Origin: Desulfobacteraceae bacterium
GTDB taxonomy: Bacteria; Desulfobacterota; Desulfobacteria; Desulfobacterales; Desulfosalsimonadaceae
DNA: 64,000 nt
Direction: 5' to 3'
NCBI GenBank assembly: GCA_021737545.1
Contig: JAIPDT010000001.1
Span: 7,093-71,092, forward strand
The translations under genes and the position numbers were made by a program. Shown here piece by piece: positions 1 to 8,753 of the stretch (position 1 is its first letter; every line of letters starts with the position of its first letter). The notes under the pieces are model-generated. The model ran no database searches and was not told the origin of the DNA. It saw only the letters and a program-made list of their open reading frames with translations.

Positions 1-1233
1 TTTGACCTTGATCTCCATTTTCATGTGCTCGCCGTCTATAATATGGGGTACGACCTCCAGGCGCAGCACCGCCTGCTCGAATTCCACTTCCGGATTGCCT
101 TCATTGTCGGTGGTTTCAAAAGGCACCTTTTCCCCGTGCTCGGTAAATGCCATCTGATTGTCCATGGTGGTAATCGAGGGGCTTGACAGGATGTTAAGCT
201 TTCCGTCTTCCTGCAGGGCTTCCAGATTCGCATAAAGCACGTTTCCGCCGATGCGGCCTGCCACGGCTTCAAGCGACATGCCGCCGGAGCCAAGAAAAGA
301 TTCTTCCGGTTGGCGGGGGGTGCCGGCGACGCCGAAATCATCCAGGGACCCGCTGGAAGTCACGTAACGCCCGCTCCAGCGCATGCCGAGCTCCTTTGCG
401 GTTTCCTGAGTGGCCTCCACGATATTCGCCTCGATTAAGATCTGGGATCTGGGCTTGTCCAGGTGCCGGATAGTGCGTTTTATGCGCTTTAGGTCACTTT
501 GGCTGGCCTGGACCACAAGAGAGTTGGTCTCTTTGTCCACGACGATCTCTCCCTGGACTTCTTTCTCCCCGTTCTTTTTTAAAAACCTGGTCAAAAGTTC
601 GCTCAGCTTTTCTGCATCCGCATAGTTGACCTTTATGATCTGCCGGACCATGGGTCCGGCCCTTTCGGCCGCGGCTTTCCGGGTTTTTACCTGCTGCTGC
701 AGGTTGGACATCTCCAGGGATCTCTTCAGATCAGCCATGCTTTTAATCCTGAGGATGTCGCCTTTCCAGCCGTAGGTAAGTCCCTCGGATTCCAGTATCC
801 CTTTAAATGCATCATCCCACGGGATGTTTTCGATGTTGATACTCATGGTGCCGCCGACGGTTTCGTTTACCAGGATGTTCTGGTCTGCCGCCTTGGCCAT
901 GGCCCGCAGCACTGCGGGCACCGGGGCATCCCGCAGGTGCAGGGTGACTTTTTGTTGGGGCAGGGGCTTTTCCTGGGCAGGCGCGGGGGTCTCGGCCTGG
1001 TCTTCCCTGATTTCTCCCAGTTCGGTCACCTCCCCCTCTTTTGCAGGCGGAGAATGCGCCCTGGATTTTTCAGCCTTTTCCAGCCATTTGTCCGCAAAAT
1101 TGTCACTGGTCTTATCAGTCGAAGAGGCGCATCCGGCCGAATAAAAGGCTGCGGCACTGATCAGGAGGACCAAAAAAAACAAGTTCCATTTTTTAATCGG
1201 ACCGTTTATAAATTCATCCTGTTTATGATGCAT
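1..1233 (-). CDS. pilQ: Type IV pilus secretin PilQ-like, first 411 codons (3' end lies beyond the window edge)
   Basis: My own minus-strand translation gives an open frame from ATG at 1233 to position 1. It is absent from the ORF track because it has no stop in the window. It has a signal peptide plus a possible lipobox (LISAAAFYSAGC). N0/N1-type segments are present (VTLHLRDAPVPAVLRAMAKAADQNILV; KVNYADAEKLSELL), as is the start of the secretin core (RSQILIEANIVEATQETAKELGMRW; LNILSSPSITTMDNQ). It is the last gene of a pilM/N/O/P/Q-ordered cluster. Confidence 0.8.
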   Translation of the reverse strand, partial: MHHKQDEFINGPIKKWNLFFLVLLISAAAFYSAGCASSTDKTSDNFADKWLEKAEKSRAHSPPAKEGEVTELGEIREDQAETPAPAQEKPLPQQKVTLHLRDAPVPAVLRAMAKAADQNILVNETVGGTMSINIENIPWDDAFKGILESEGLTYGWKGDILRIKSMADLKRSLEMSNLQQQVKTRKAAAERAGPMVRQIIKVNYADAEKLSELLTRFLKKNGEKEVQGEIVVDKETNSLVVQASQSDLKRIKRTIRHLDKPRSQILIEANIVEATQETAKELGMRWSGRYVTSSGSLDDFGVAGTPRQPEESFLGSGGMSLEAVAGRIGGNVLYANLEALQEDGKLNILSSPSITTMDNQMAFTEHGEKVPFETTDNEGNPEVEFEQAVLRLEVVPHIIDGEHMKMEIKVK

Positions 1234-1502
1234 ATAAAATATTCTCCTAAATCTTGATGGCTTCGTAAAAAAGTTCTTTATTCCCCCGCCGCGGTAATTT
1301 TGCTTAAAAGGAAGTCCGGCGGTCGGGGGCAATTTTTTTGCTCCTGACCGTTTAATGTGGCTTCAAAAACAGCCCCCCGCCCTTGGGCTTCTTTAGGACT
1401 CGTTAATAATCAAGTAGCGAAGAAATCCACTTTTTACAAAACCATCAAACCCCGCCTACGGTCATGTTATCCGTAAGACCATATATCTCATATCTCCTAC
1501 CA

Positions 1503-1991
1503 CTATTCACTGTAAGGTACAGATGTTTTTTGCCCGGTGTCCAGTGATTTTATCACAACTTTTTCCGGCGAAATGCTTTGCACCATTCCGGCGCCCGGTT
1601 CAAGCCTTTGTCCTGTCCGGTATTCCACGCCGTTTATAATGGCCATTTTCGTATCCCCGATCTCCAGGTAGCCTGTGTATTTCAGGTTTTGAGCTGGGGG
1701 CTCGTTCTCTGAGCCGGTTTTTGAAACCTCCTCCTGTTGTGCCAGCACATAAAAGGGATCGCGTTGCCACTTCCGGCCGGTCAGCTCCAGGATATATTCT
1801 TGCCGGGGGCTCAGGTCTGCCTGGTCAATCCGGGCGTTGATTTTTTGCGTCATTTGTCTGGCCGCTTCAACGTCCGGACCGGATGTTTTATTATTGCCGC
1901 TTTTTTCCGGCGGGATGAAAAACAACTCGACTGCGCCGTATGCCACAGCAAGAATCATAAGCCCCACCAGTATCTTTTCTCTGGTTCCCAT
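1503..1991 (-). CDS. PilP-like pilus assembly protein (N-terminal membrane anchor, C-terminal beta domain)
   Basis: 162 aa. It has an N-terminal hydrophobic helix (ILVGLMILAVAYGAVELFF). The C-terminal segment YTGYLEIGDTKMAIINGVEYRTGQRL..VVIKS is typical of the PilP/GspC HR-like fold. It sits between the pilO-like and pilQ-like genes. Confidence 0.55.
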   Translation of the reverse strand: MGTREKILVGLMILAVAYGAVELFFIPPEKSGNNKTSGPDVEAARQMTQKINARIDQADLSPRQEYILELTGRKWQRDPFYVLAQQEEVSKTGSENEPPAQNLKYTGYLEIGDTKMAIINGVEYRTGQRLEPGAGMVQSISPEKVVIKSLDTGQKTSVPYSE

Positions 1992-2056
1992 CGTGGTCCT
2001 TCTTATTTAAACAAAAGCGCACGCAGTGCCGGATATATTTTTTGATCAAACGGTTT

Positions 2057-2599
2057 TTATTTTACGGTCACCCATATCCGCAGCCGATACTTTGGATTCC
2101 GGGTGCCGCTTTGCACTCTCATCATTTCAAGCGCCCGGAAATCGGATGCTGTGACCAGACTGATTAAAAAGTCCCGGAAATCCGGGTAACTTCCTTCCAG
2201 CCGACCGTTTACGAGCAATTTCTCGGATCCCCGGCTCATGGATGACGGTACCGGAGAAAAGGAGGATTGTTGAATGCCTGCGCGTGCCGCAAATTCGGAT
2301 AATATGGCCGAAACATTGTCTATGGTAAATTCACGCGCCTCCGTTTTCGGGACCCGGGAGGCAAGCCCGTCAATATCGGTTTCCTTTGCTGTTTTTTTCT
2401 GCAGGCGCTGATACAGGGGATAAAATATTTTCTGCTCCTCGATGCCGGCCTTGAGGCGCTCGGTTTTTTTCTCGGTTTGGGCGATCTGCTGACGGGTCGG
2501 CTGAATGCCCAGAAAAAACATTGCGCCGAGTACCACCCCGCTGAACAGGATATAGGCAAGAGCGCGCCGGTTTGCGCTGATTTCAAACCATCGGCTCAT
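2057..2599 (-). CDS. pilO: PilO-like pilus assembly protein
   Basis: 180 aa. The architecture is one TM helix (LAYILFSGVVLGAMFFLGI), a coiled coil, then a small alpha/beta C-terminal domain. Its start is 1 nt after the stop of the upstream pilM/N fusion. Confidence 0.65.
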   Translation of the reverse strand: MSRWFEISANRRALAYILFSGVVLGAMFFLGIQPTRQQIAQTEKKTERLKAGIEEQKIFYPLYQRLQKKTAKETDIDGLASRVPKTEAREFTIDNVSAILSEFAARAGIQQSSFSPVPSSMSRGSEKLLVNGRLEGSYPDFRDFLISLVTASDFRALEMMRVQSGTRNPKYRLRIWVTVK

Positions 2600-2600
2600 T

Positions 2601-4493
2601 TCATGCCTGCTTTAAATCGATGTTTATGGTGAACCTGTACACATCATCCCCTGTATTCAAAGTTTCCGGGGCGCTTTTTCGGATGTTTGAATCCACAAAC
2701 AGCGGTGAACGGCGAAGTCTTAGAAGATATCCTGTAAGGTGTGTTTCAAACAGGGACGGATCGCTGCGGACAAACCCCTCCACCATCAAAGCTCCTGCCT
2801 TGTTGTTCCCCTTCGTGTTTCCGTTGTTTCCCGGTTCCATACGAACATTGAGCAGTTCGATGTTCTCGGGGGTCACCTGGTTTAACTCCGTTAGCACGGC
2901 AACGGGCTGGAGCTTTCGGCTGTAGGCGCGCAATTCGTTCTTTTTTTCCTCCAGTCTGCCTGCAAGCCGGGCTATATCCTCTGTTTGAATTCTCGGTGAA
3001 TACTGTTCCATTTGTTGTTGAACTTCCGCGGTCTTTTTACGCGCCAGCTCCAGTTCGTGCCGGGCCATCCACCACCAGCCCGCTGTTAAAACAAACAAAA
3101 TAGCGCATGCCGCGGCTATCAGATTGGTATTACGCAGGGCTTCCCGTTCCCTGTCCATGTCGCCGGCGGTATGCAGAAAATTAATAGTTTTCTCCGACGG
3201 CATGGCCAGTGCCGCTGTGGATACGAGGCTTAGCCGTTCGTCGTGCTCCAAAAGCCGGATTTCTGCGGCCGTAGCTTCAGTCTGCCGGCCCAGGATATCC
3301 ATGATTTCGGCGGGAATGCCGAGCTGCTCGCTGAAAAATTCCTCAAGCCCGGGAAGAAAAGAAATGCCGCCGCAAATATAAATACGTTCCGGGGCGGGGT
3401 GGGTTAGTACATTGACCGAATGGTCTATGGTCCTTTCCAGCTGTCTTGCCAGACGTTCCAGGGCAGGTCTGATCGAATCAAAAAGTTGCCGGCCGGAAAC
3501 ATCTGCATCAGCTTCGGGAGCCGATTTTTCCGGGCTGCCGTTTCCCTGCCCCTTTAATTGCCGGGCCGCCTGCTGTCGGGATATCAGCGCCCGGCCCTCC
3601 GCGGGCCCTTCAGTCTGAAGTCCCGGTATTTCCGTATCTTCCTGTTCTCCGCCCTGACCGGTGTGCTCCATGATCAGCGAATCCAGAATGCTGTCTCTGC
3701 CGGTTTTGATAACGCGGTTAAAAAGTGTTGTATGCCGTCCGTGGATGTCTATATAGGAGGCGTCTTCGCCGATATAAAGTACGGCGTAAGGGTCGTCGCC
3801 CGGATCGATTAATTTGTGGATAAACAGGTTCTCCAGGGAAAACGCGGGCAGGGTGATGCCGGCAAGCGGATATCCGATTTCGGAGAAGATTTCTTTGTAC
3901 AGGCGGATTTCACGGGCCGAGGCAATGCATACTTCGGCAACCAGTTTCTGAATACCCTGATCTGCTATTTCGTCCTTGATCCGGTAATCAAAGAAATATT
4001 CGTTTTCATCAAAGCTTTTTTCCTTCCTGGCGGACCAGTACACGGCGTTGGTAAGTCTCTTTTTGACCTTTGGTACGTGTACGTTCCATATTTCGCCCTT
4101 TGAAGGCGGAAGGCAGACCCAGATATCGGTTTTTCCCGGCTTAATCATGTTCTGTAGCCGGGTTTTTAAAAAATACGGAAAATCGGGGTGTTCAAGGCTA
4201 AGGCCCTCGGGCAGGGATACGGAGTCGGCATCAACCGTGTGCCAGCCGGTTTTCCCCTTGCTCGTGTGAACCAGGTTGAGCCGGTCACGGAATATTTCCA
4301 CACCCAGAAATCCCCGGGACCGGGAAGGAAGCCATCTCTGTTTAAAATGTTTTCCGGGGCCGGGAGCGGAATGCTCTTCAGGTTGGGAATTCGTCTCCTT
4401 ATCGCCGCTGCTGCGGATTGTCTTGAGCAGTTTTTCCGTGGATGAAATTTCCTTTTTGTCTGCCACTATGCGACTCTTTCCTGCATGATCCAA
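2601..4493 (-). CDS. pilMN: Fused PilM (actin-like ATPase fold) - PilN pilus alignment protein
   Basis: 630 aa. Residues ~60-430 are PilM/FtsA-like (GVEI..; YICGGISFLPGLEEFFSEQLGIP). An INLLP-like motif (KTINFLH, aa ~436) follows, then a TM helix (LIAAACAILFVLTAGWWWM), a coiled coil and a PilN-type C-terminal domain. The start is TTG at 4493 and is uncertain; a GVG/GTG alternative lies a few codons in. Confidence 0.75.
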   Translation of the reverse strand: MDHAGKSRIVADKKEISSTEKLLKTIRSSGDKETNSQPEEHSAPGPGKHFKQRWLPSRSRGFLGVEIFRDRLNLVHTSKGKTGWHTVDADSVSLPEGLSLEHPDFPYFLKTRLQNMIKPGKTDIWVCLPPSKGEIWNVHVPKVKKRLTNAVYWSARKEKSFDENEYFFDYRIKDEIADQGIQKLVAEVCIASAREIRLYKEIFSEIGYPLAGITLPAFSLENLFIHKLIDPGDDPYAVLYIGEDASYIDIHGRHTTLFNRVIKTGRDSILDSLIMEHTGQGGEQEDTEIPGLQTEGPAEGRALISRQQAARQLKGQGNGSPEKSAPEADADVSGRQLFDSIRPALERLARQLERTIDHSVNVLTHPAPERIYICGGISFLPGLEEFFSEQLGIPAEIMDILGRQTEATAAEIRLLEHDERLSLVSTAALAMPSEKTINFLHTAGDMDREREALRNTNLIAAACAILFVLTAGWWWMARHELELARKKTAEVQQQMEQYSPRIQTEDIARLAGRLEEKKNELRAYSRKLQPVAVLTELNQVTPENIELLNVRMEPGNNGNTKGNNKAGALMVEGFVRSDPSLFETHLTGYLLRLRRSPLFVDSNIRKSAPETLNTGDDVYRFTINIDLKQA

Positions 4494-4695
4494 TTGTTGA
4501 GATGTGGGGGCGGCTTCTGTACCTGCTGCAGCAATCCTGGGAAATATTTGAGATAGAACCGGAAAACAGAAAATTCAAAAAATCAGTATTGTTATGTTAA
4601 TTAGGATATTCAGGACTTACGTGTCAACATTTTTGTCCATTTACCGACCATGAAATAATGGCTTGTATGGGATTCCGATTTATAAGCTATGTGAT

Positions 4696-6318
4696 CTATC
4701 CCACAAAGGGGCGGCGGAGCACGGTGTCTTTTTTCCAGCGAAGGTCGTTTTTGGACGGGTATGCAATGTTGTAGTGAAGTCCCCGGCTTTCCTTTCGGTG
4801 CAGGGCGCACCGGATGACGAGTTCGGCCACCAGCGCAATGTTGCGCAGTTCGATCAGGTTCGGGGTTACCTTAAAATTCCAATAGTATTCCTGTATTTCT
4901 TCGCCTATGATTTCGATTCTGCGTCTGGCGCGTTCCAGACGCTTGTCCGAACGTACGATTCCCACGTAGTTCCACATCAGGCGCCGGATTTCGTTCCAGG
5001 TATGCGAGATTACAATGGCCTCGTCGCTGTCCATGGTTCCCAGATCGTCCCACAACGGGATATCCGTTGCTGTTTCGTTTTCCGGGCCGCTTATTTCTTC
5101 TATGGCTTTTTGGGCCGCCTGATGGGCGTATACAAGGGCTTCGAGAAGCGAGTTGCTTGCCAGGCGGTTTGCGCCGTGAAGACCTGTGCAGGCAGTTTCG
5201 CCTATGGCATAAAGACGCTGGATATTGGTTCTGCCGAATATGTCGGTTGCCACGCCGCCGCACATGTAATGTGCTGCAGGCACTATGGGCAGCGGTTCGC
5301 GGGTCATGTCGACTCCGAACTCCAGGCACTTGGCATACAGGTGGGGAAAGCGGGATTTGATAAAGTCCGGGTCTTTATGGGAGATATCCAGAAAAACAGC
5401 TTCATCACCCTTTTTTTTCAGCTCGGAGTCAATTGCCCGGGCCACCACGTCCCTGCAGGCCAGTTCCTTTTCAGGCGCATAGTCCTCCATAAAGGCCCGG
5501 CCTTCTGAGTCGCGCAGGATGCCCCCCTCCCCGCGCACGGTCTCGGAGATCAAAAAATTTTTGGCTGCCGGGTGATACAGGCAGGTTGGATGGAACTGGA
5601 CGAACTCAAGATTGGTTATCGCCGCTCCGGCCCGGTAGGCCATGGCAATGCCGTCGCCGGTTGCCACGTCCGGGTTGCTGGTATAGGCATACACTTTGCC
5701 CGAGCCGCCGGTGGCAAGCACGACAGCCGAGGCGAGAACAGTATGGATTCGCCCTGTGTGCCTTTCGAGCACATAGGCTCCGTAACAGTAATCTTCGTGA
5801 GTGGTTATGATCAGGCCGCGGTTTAGCCTTGTGGAGCGGGTGATTAAGTCTACCGCGATATGATTTTCAAAAATAGTAATATTTTTGCGGGCGCGCACCT
5901 GTTCTGCCACCGCTTCTTCCACCGCGCGGCCGGTTGTGTCGTGGGCGTGCACAATGCGGTTGAAAGAATGCCCGCCTTCACGGCAAAGATCCAGATCCGG
6001 CCGGTCTTCGCTCCTGTTGAAGTCCACCCCGAGTTCCAGAAGTTCCTGGATTCGTGCCGGGGCGGCCCGGACCACCATTTTAACCACGTCTTCATTGCAC
6101 AGGCCGTCGCCCGCGGCAATTGTGTCCGCAATATGTGATTCAAATGTGTCTTCCGGGGCAAATACTGCGGCGATCCCTCCCTGAGCGTGGGCGGTGCTGC
6201 TGTCTGTCAACCCCCTTTTGGTGACTACTGCGACGCTACCTTGTTCGGCGGCTTTCAATGCAAACATTAGGCCGGCAATGCCGCTGCCAACAACCAGGAA
6301 ATCGAATCTGTGTTCCAT
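4696..6318 (-). CDS. nadB: L-aspartate oxidase
   Basis: 540 aa. It has an FAD dinucleotide fold (DFLVVGSGIAGL) and SSTAHAQGGIAAV, with succinate-dehydrogenase/fumarate-reductase flavoprotein-like motifs throughout. Confidence 0.9.
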   Translation of the reverse strand: MEHRFDFLVVGSGIAGLMFALKAAEQGSVAVVTKRGLTDSSTAHAQGGIAAVFAPEDTFESHIADTIAAGDGLCNEDVVKMVVRAAPARIQELLELGVDFNRSEDRPDLDLCREGGHSFNRIVHAHDTTGRAVEEAVAEQVRARKNITIFENHIAVDLITRSTRLNRGLIITTHEDYCYGAYVLERHTGRIHTVLASAVVLATGGSGKVYAYTSNPDVATGDGIAMAYRAGAAITNLEFVQFHPTCLYHPAAKNFLISETVRGEGGILRDSEGRAFMEDYAPEKELACRDVVARAIDSELKKKGDEAVFLDISHKDPDFIKSRFPHLYAKCLEFGVDMTREPLPIVPAAHYMCGGVATDIFGRTNIQRLYAIGETACTGLHGANRLASNSLLEALVYAHQAAQKAIEEISGPENETATDIPLWDDLGTMDSDEAIVISHTWNEIRRLMWNYVGIVRSDKRLERARRRIEIIGEEIQEYYWNFKVTPNLIELRNIALVAELVIRCALHRKESRGLHYNIAYPSKNDLRWKKDTVLRRPFVG

Positions 6319-6340
6319 ATCTGTTTTTGCCGGCCCCGGG

Positions 6341-7000
6341 TTAGAACAAAGAGGAGCGTTTTTTTCTTGAACCTGCAGTGCGGCCCAGGATGATGCCCAG
6401 GACCAGGACTCCGGCGCCTGCCAGAAACCACTTGAAGCCGGAGGAAAAAAATGCGTCGCTTATCCGCTGTTCCAGGGTTTTGATGCGCTGGTCTTTTTCC
6501 TTTGCGCTTTTCTTGAGGGCTTCGTATTCTTCTTTTAATTTAAGGAAGTCTTTGGATTCGTCTTCGAGCTCCTTATATTCCTTCCTGATCCCTTTAAGCT
6601 CATTTTGCGTTTTTTCCAGGCTTTTGGCGAGCTCCTGATTGCGCTTTATAAGTCTTTGGTTTTCTTCCTTAAGGGAACTTACTTTCTGATTCAGCGACTC
6701 GACTTGCTTGCGCAAATCCTCTGTAGCAAGACTGTCAGGCTTCTGGTCCGTTACATACTGCGAGAATACCCATCCTGTTGTGCCGTCCGGCAGCCGGACA
6801 TTGGTCCATTTTTTTTCTTGTCCCAGAACCTCGAATTTATGCCCGGACTTGATCATTTTTATAATACGGTAGTCCAGTCCGGGGCCTCTTCTTACTGTTA
6901 TTTCCATGAGATCGTTTACGTAATGGGTCTGGGCATGGAGCGAAGATGCCGCCAACACAGGCAATAGAGCAAATATGGTAAGAATTAAGATTTTTTTCAT
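6341..7000 (-). CDS. Bacterial SH3-domain protein with coiled coil and C-terminal TM anchor (YgiM-like)
   Basis: 219 aa. The order is signal peptide, SH3b-like segment (VRRGPGLDYRIIKMIKSGHKFEVLGQEKKWTNVRLPDGTTGWV), a long coiled coil, then a C-terminal TM helix. Confidence 0.7.
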   Translation of the reverse strand: MKKILILTIFALLPVLAASSLHAQTHYVNDLMEITVRRGPGLDYRIIKMIKSGHKFEVLGQEKKWTNVRLPDGTTGWVFSQYVTDQKPDSLATEDLRKQVESLNQKVSSLKEENQRLIKRNQELAKSLEKTQNELKGIRKEYKELEDESKDFLKLKEEYEALKKSAKEKDQRIKTLEQRISDAFFSSGFKWFLAGAGVLVLGIILGRTAGSRKKRSSLF

Positions 7001-7107
7001 AATGATTTAAAAAACACTATTGCAGTTTAATAGTTTCTGCCAGTTGGAAATATTAATATGTATAGGAGATTTTAAAGAGGGATGCAAGCCAAAATCCGTT
7101 TCCCGGT

Positions 7108-8730
7108 TTATGCTGTAAGGTTTTTTAACCGCTCTGCCAGGCCTGAAAGTCGCCGGTCAGGGTTATCGTTTTTAAGGGCGATGTTTACGGCCTTGGCGCT
7201 GCCCACCAGGATCACCAGATGTTTTGCCCTTGTAATGGCTGTATATAAAAGATTGCGCTGAAGCATTACATAATGGTTGGTTATCATGGGCAGAATCACC
7301 GCCGGGTATTCAGAGCCCTGGGATTTGTGCACTGATATGGCATATCCCAGTGTCAGGTCCCCGAGATCTTCGGTATCGTAAGATACCTCATGGCCGAAGT
7401 AATCCACGCGCAACCGTTGCCGTACATGGTTGATGCCGGTGATATTGCCCGTATCTCCGTTAAATACCTCCCTGGAGTAATCGTTTTTAAGGTGCATCAC
7501 CCGGTCGCCCTGTTTAAAAATGTAATTTTCGCCGGTTATTCCGCCGGTGCCGGGATTTATCGCTTTCTGAAGCTCGCGGTTTAAGTTGATTGTTCCGGCA
7601 ACTCCCTTGTGGACAGGTGTTAATACCTGAATCTCTTTTCCGGGTACAAATCCGTATATATCCGGCAGCCTGCGCGTGCATAGTTCCACGACTGCCGCGG
7701 CCGCATTTTCGGTCCCCGGGGCTTCGAGCAGAAAAAAGTCCCTTTCGTCTTCCATGTTTTCAAAGGGTGCCAGCTCCGGGCGACTCCCTTTGCGAATTTG
7801 ATGGGCATTTTGTACAATGGTGCTTTGGGCCGCCTGCCTGAAGATTTCTGTCAGATGATGTACGGGTATGATCCCGGATTCTATGATGTCGGAAAGCACA
7901 TTTCCGGGACCCACGGGCGGTAGCTGGAATACATCTCCCACCAGGATAAGCCGGGAGTCGACTCTGGTGGCCCGCAGCAGGTGATACATTAATTGCGCAT
8001 CTATCATGGAAGCCTCGTCTATTATAAGAACGTCGGCTTCAACCGGGTTGTCCGGGTCCTTGTCAAAACTGTGGGTCTCCAGGTGATAGCCGAGCAGCTT
8101 GTGAACGGTATGGGCCGGCCTTGCAGCGATCTCGCTTAAGCGCCTTGCCGCCCGTCCCGTAGGGGCCGCAAGACATACCCGGTTGCCGGTCTGTCCGAAC
8201 AATGCTGCAACCGCCCGGATCAGGGTGGTTTTCCCGGTGCCGGGCCCGCCTGTAATTATCGAGGCACGCGAGGAGAGCACCGATTGCAGGGCGGTTTTCT
8301 GCTCGTCTGAAAGCCTTACCGCAAAACGGTTTTCAATCCTGTCCGTGAGTTTTTCCACGATTTCTTCGGGTGGATCTGCAGGCACGCTCATCATGGCGGC
8401 CAGACGGCCGGCGATCGCGTATTCCGCTCTGTGCATGGCGGCAGGATATACCCGCGTCCCGGTTTCCCCGCCGGGTTCGATGACCACTTCACCCGCCTCT
8501 GCCAATCGGTCCAGCGCATTTTCAATGGCTTCCCAGTCCAGTTCAAATCGCTGGTCCAGGCTTTGTCTGAGCCATTCTTCCGGAATACAGACGTGCCCGC
8601 TCGAGACGGCCTGCTCCAGAATTTGCCGTATGCGGCATGCGGCCAGCCGATCTTCATCAGCCTGCAGATCATAGCCTGCATCGTTTATTTCGGCATTTTT
8701 AAAATAAAACCGCTCTTCCAAGTTCTGCAT
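7108..8730 (-). CDS. SF1B RecD/RecD2-like ATP-dependent DNA helicase
   Basis: 540 aa. It has Walker A ITGGPGTGKTT and Walker B LIIDEASMID. The C-terminal motifs GDRVMHLKNDY, YAISVHKSQGSEYPAV and LLYTAITRAK are typical of RecD2. Confidence 0.8.
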   Translation of the reverse strand: MQNLEERFYFKNAEINDAGYDLQADEDRLAACRIRQILEQAVSSGHVCIPEEWLRQSLDQRFELDWEAIENALDRLAEAGEVVIEPGGETGTRVYPAAMHRAEYAIAGRLAAMMSVPADPPEEIVEKLTDRIENRFAVRLSDEQKTALQSVLSSRASIITGGPGTGKTTLIRAVAALFGQTGNRVCLAAPTGRAARRLSEIAARPAHTVHKLLGYHLETHSFDKDPDNPVEADVLIIDEASMIDAQLMYHLLRATRVDSRLILVGDVFQLPPVGPGNVLSDIIESGIIPVHHLTEIFRQAAQSTIVQNAHQIRKGSRPELAPFENMEDERDFFLLEAPGTENAAAAVVELCTRRLPDIYGFVPGKEIQVLTPVHKGVAGTINLNRELQKAINPGTGGITGENYIFKQGDRVMHLKNDYSREVFNGDTGNITGINHVRQRLRVDYFGHEVSYDTEDLGDLTLGYAISVHKSQGSEYPAVILPMITNHYVMLQRNLLYTAITRAKHLVILVGSAKAVNIALKNDNPDRRLSGLAERLKNLTA

Positions 8731-8753
8731 TTCCGGGTTTCAGGTGAATTTTC

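Noticed and set aside
2320-2586. 88-aa ORF nested in the pilO-like gene, same strand but a different frame.
   Set aside because: It is an Arg/Ser/Pro-rich low-complexity product fully inside a better-supported frame.
4494-4695. Sigma70 promoter for the pil operon. A perfect TTGACA lies on the minus strand near 4620-4630.
   Set aside because: No acceptable -10 hexamer lies at 16-18 nt spacing (TAATTA only), so it is not reported as a feature.
4663-5508. Long antisense/shadow ORFs in the track. Examples: 4663-5508 +, 16059-16889 +, 17287-18132 +, 21766-22449 +, 26886-27548 +, 35729-36691 -, 38285-38974 -, 13504-14181 +.
   Set aside because: Each lies fully inside a strongly supported gene on the opposite strand. 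Their products are Arg/Gly/Pro/Cys-rich and low-complexity, with no motifs. They are typical shadow frames of moderately GC-rich coding DNA.
7108-8730. RecD-like helicase as part of a phage-defence system.
   Set aside because: The neighbours are rlpA, lon and an SH3 membrane protein. There is no nuclease, methylase or other defence partner.
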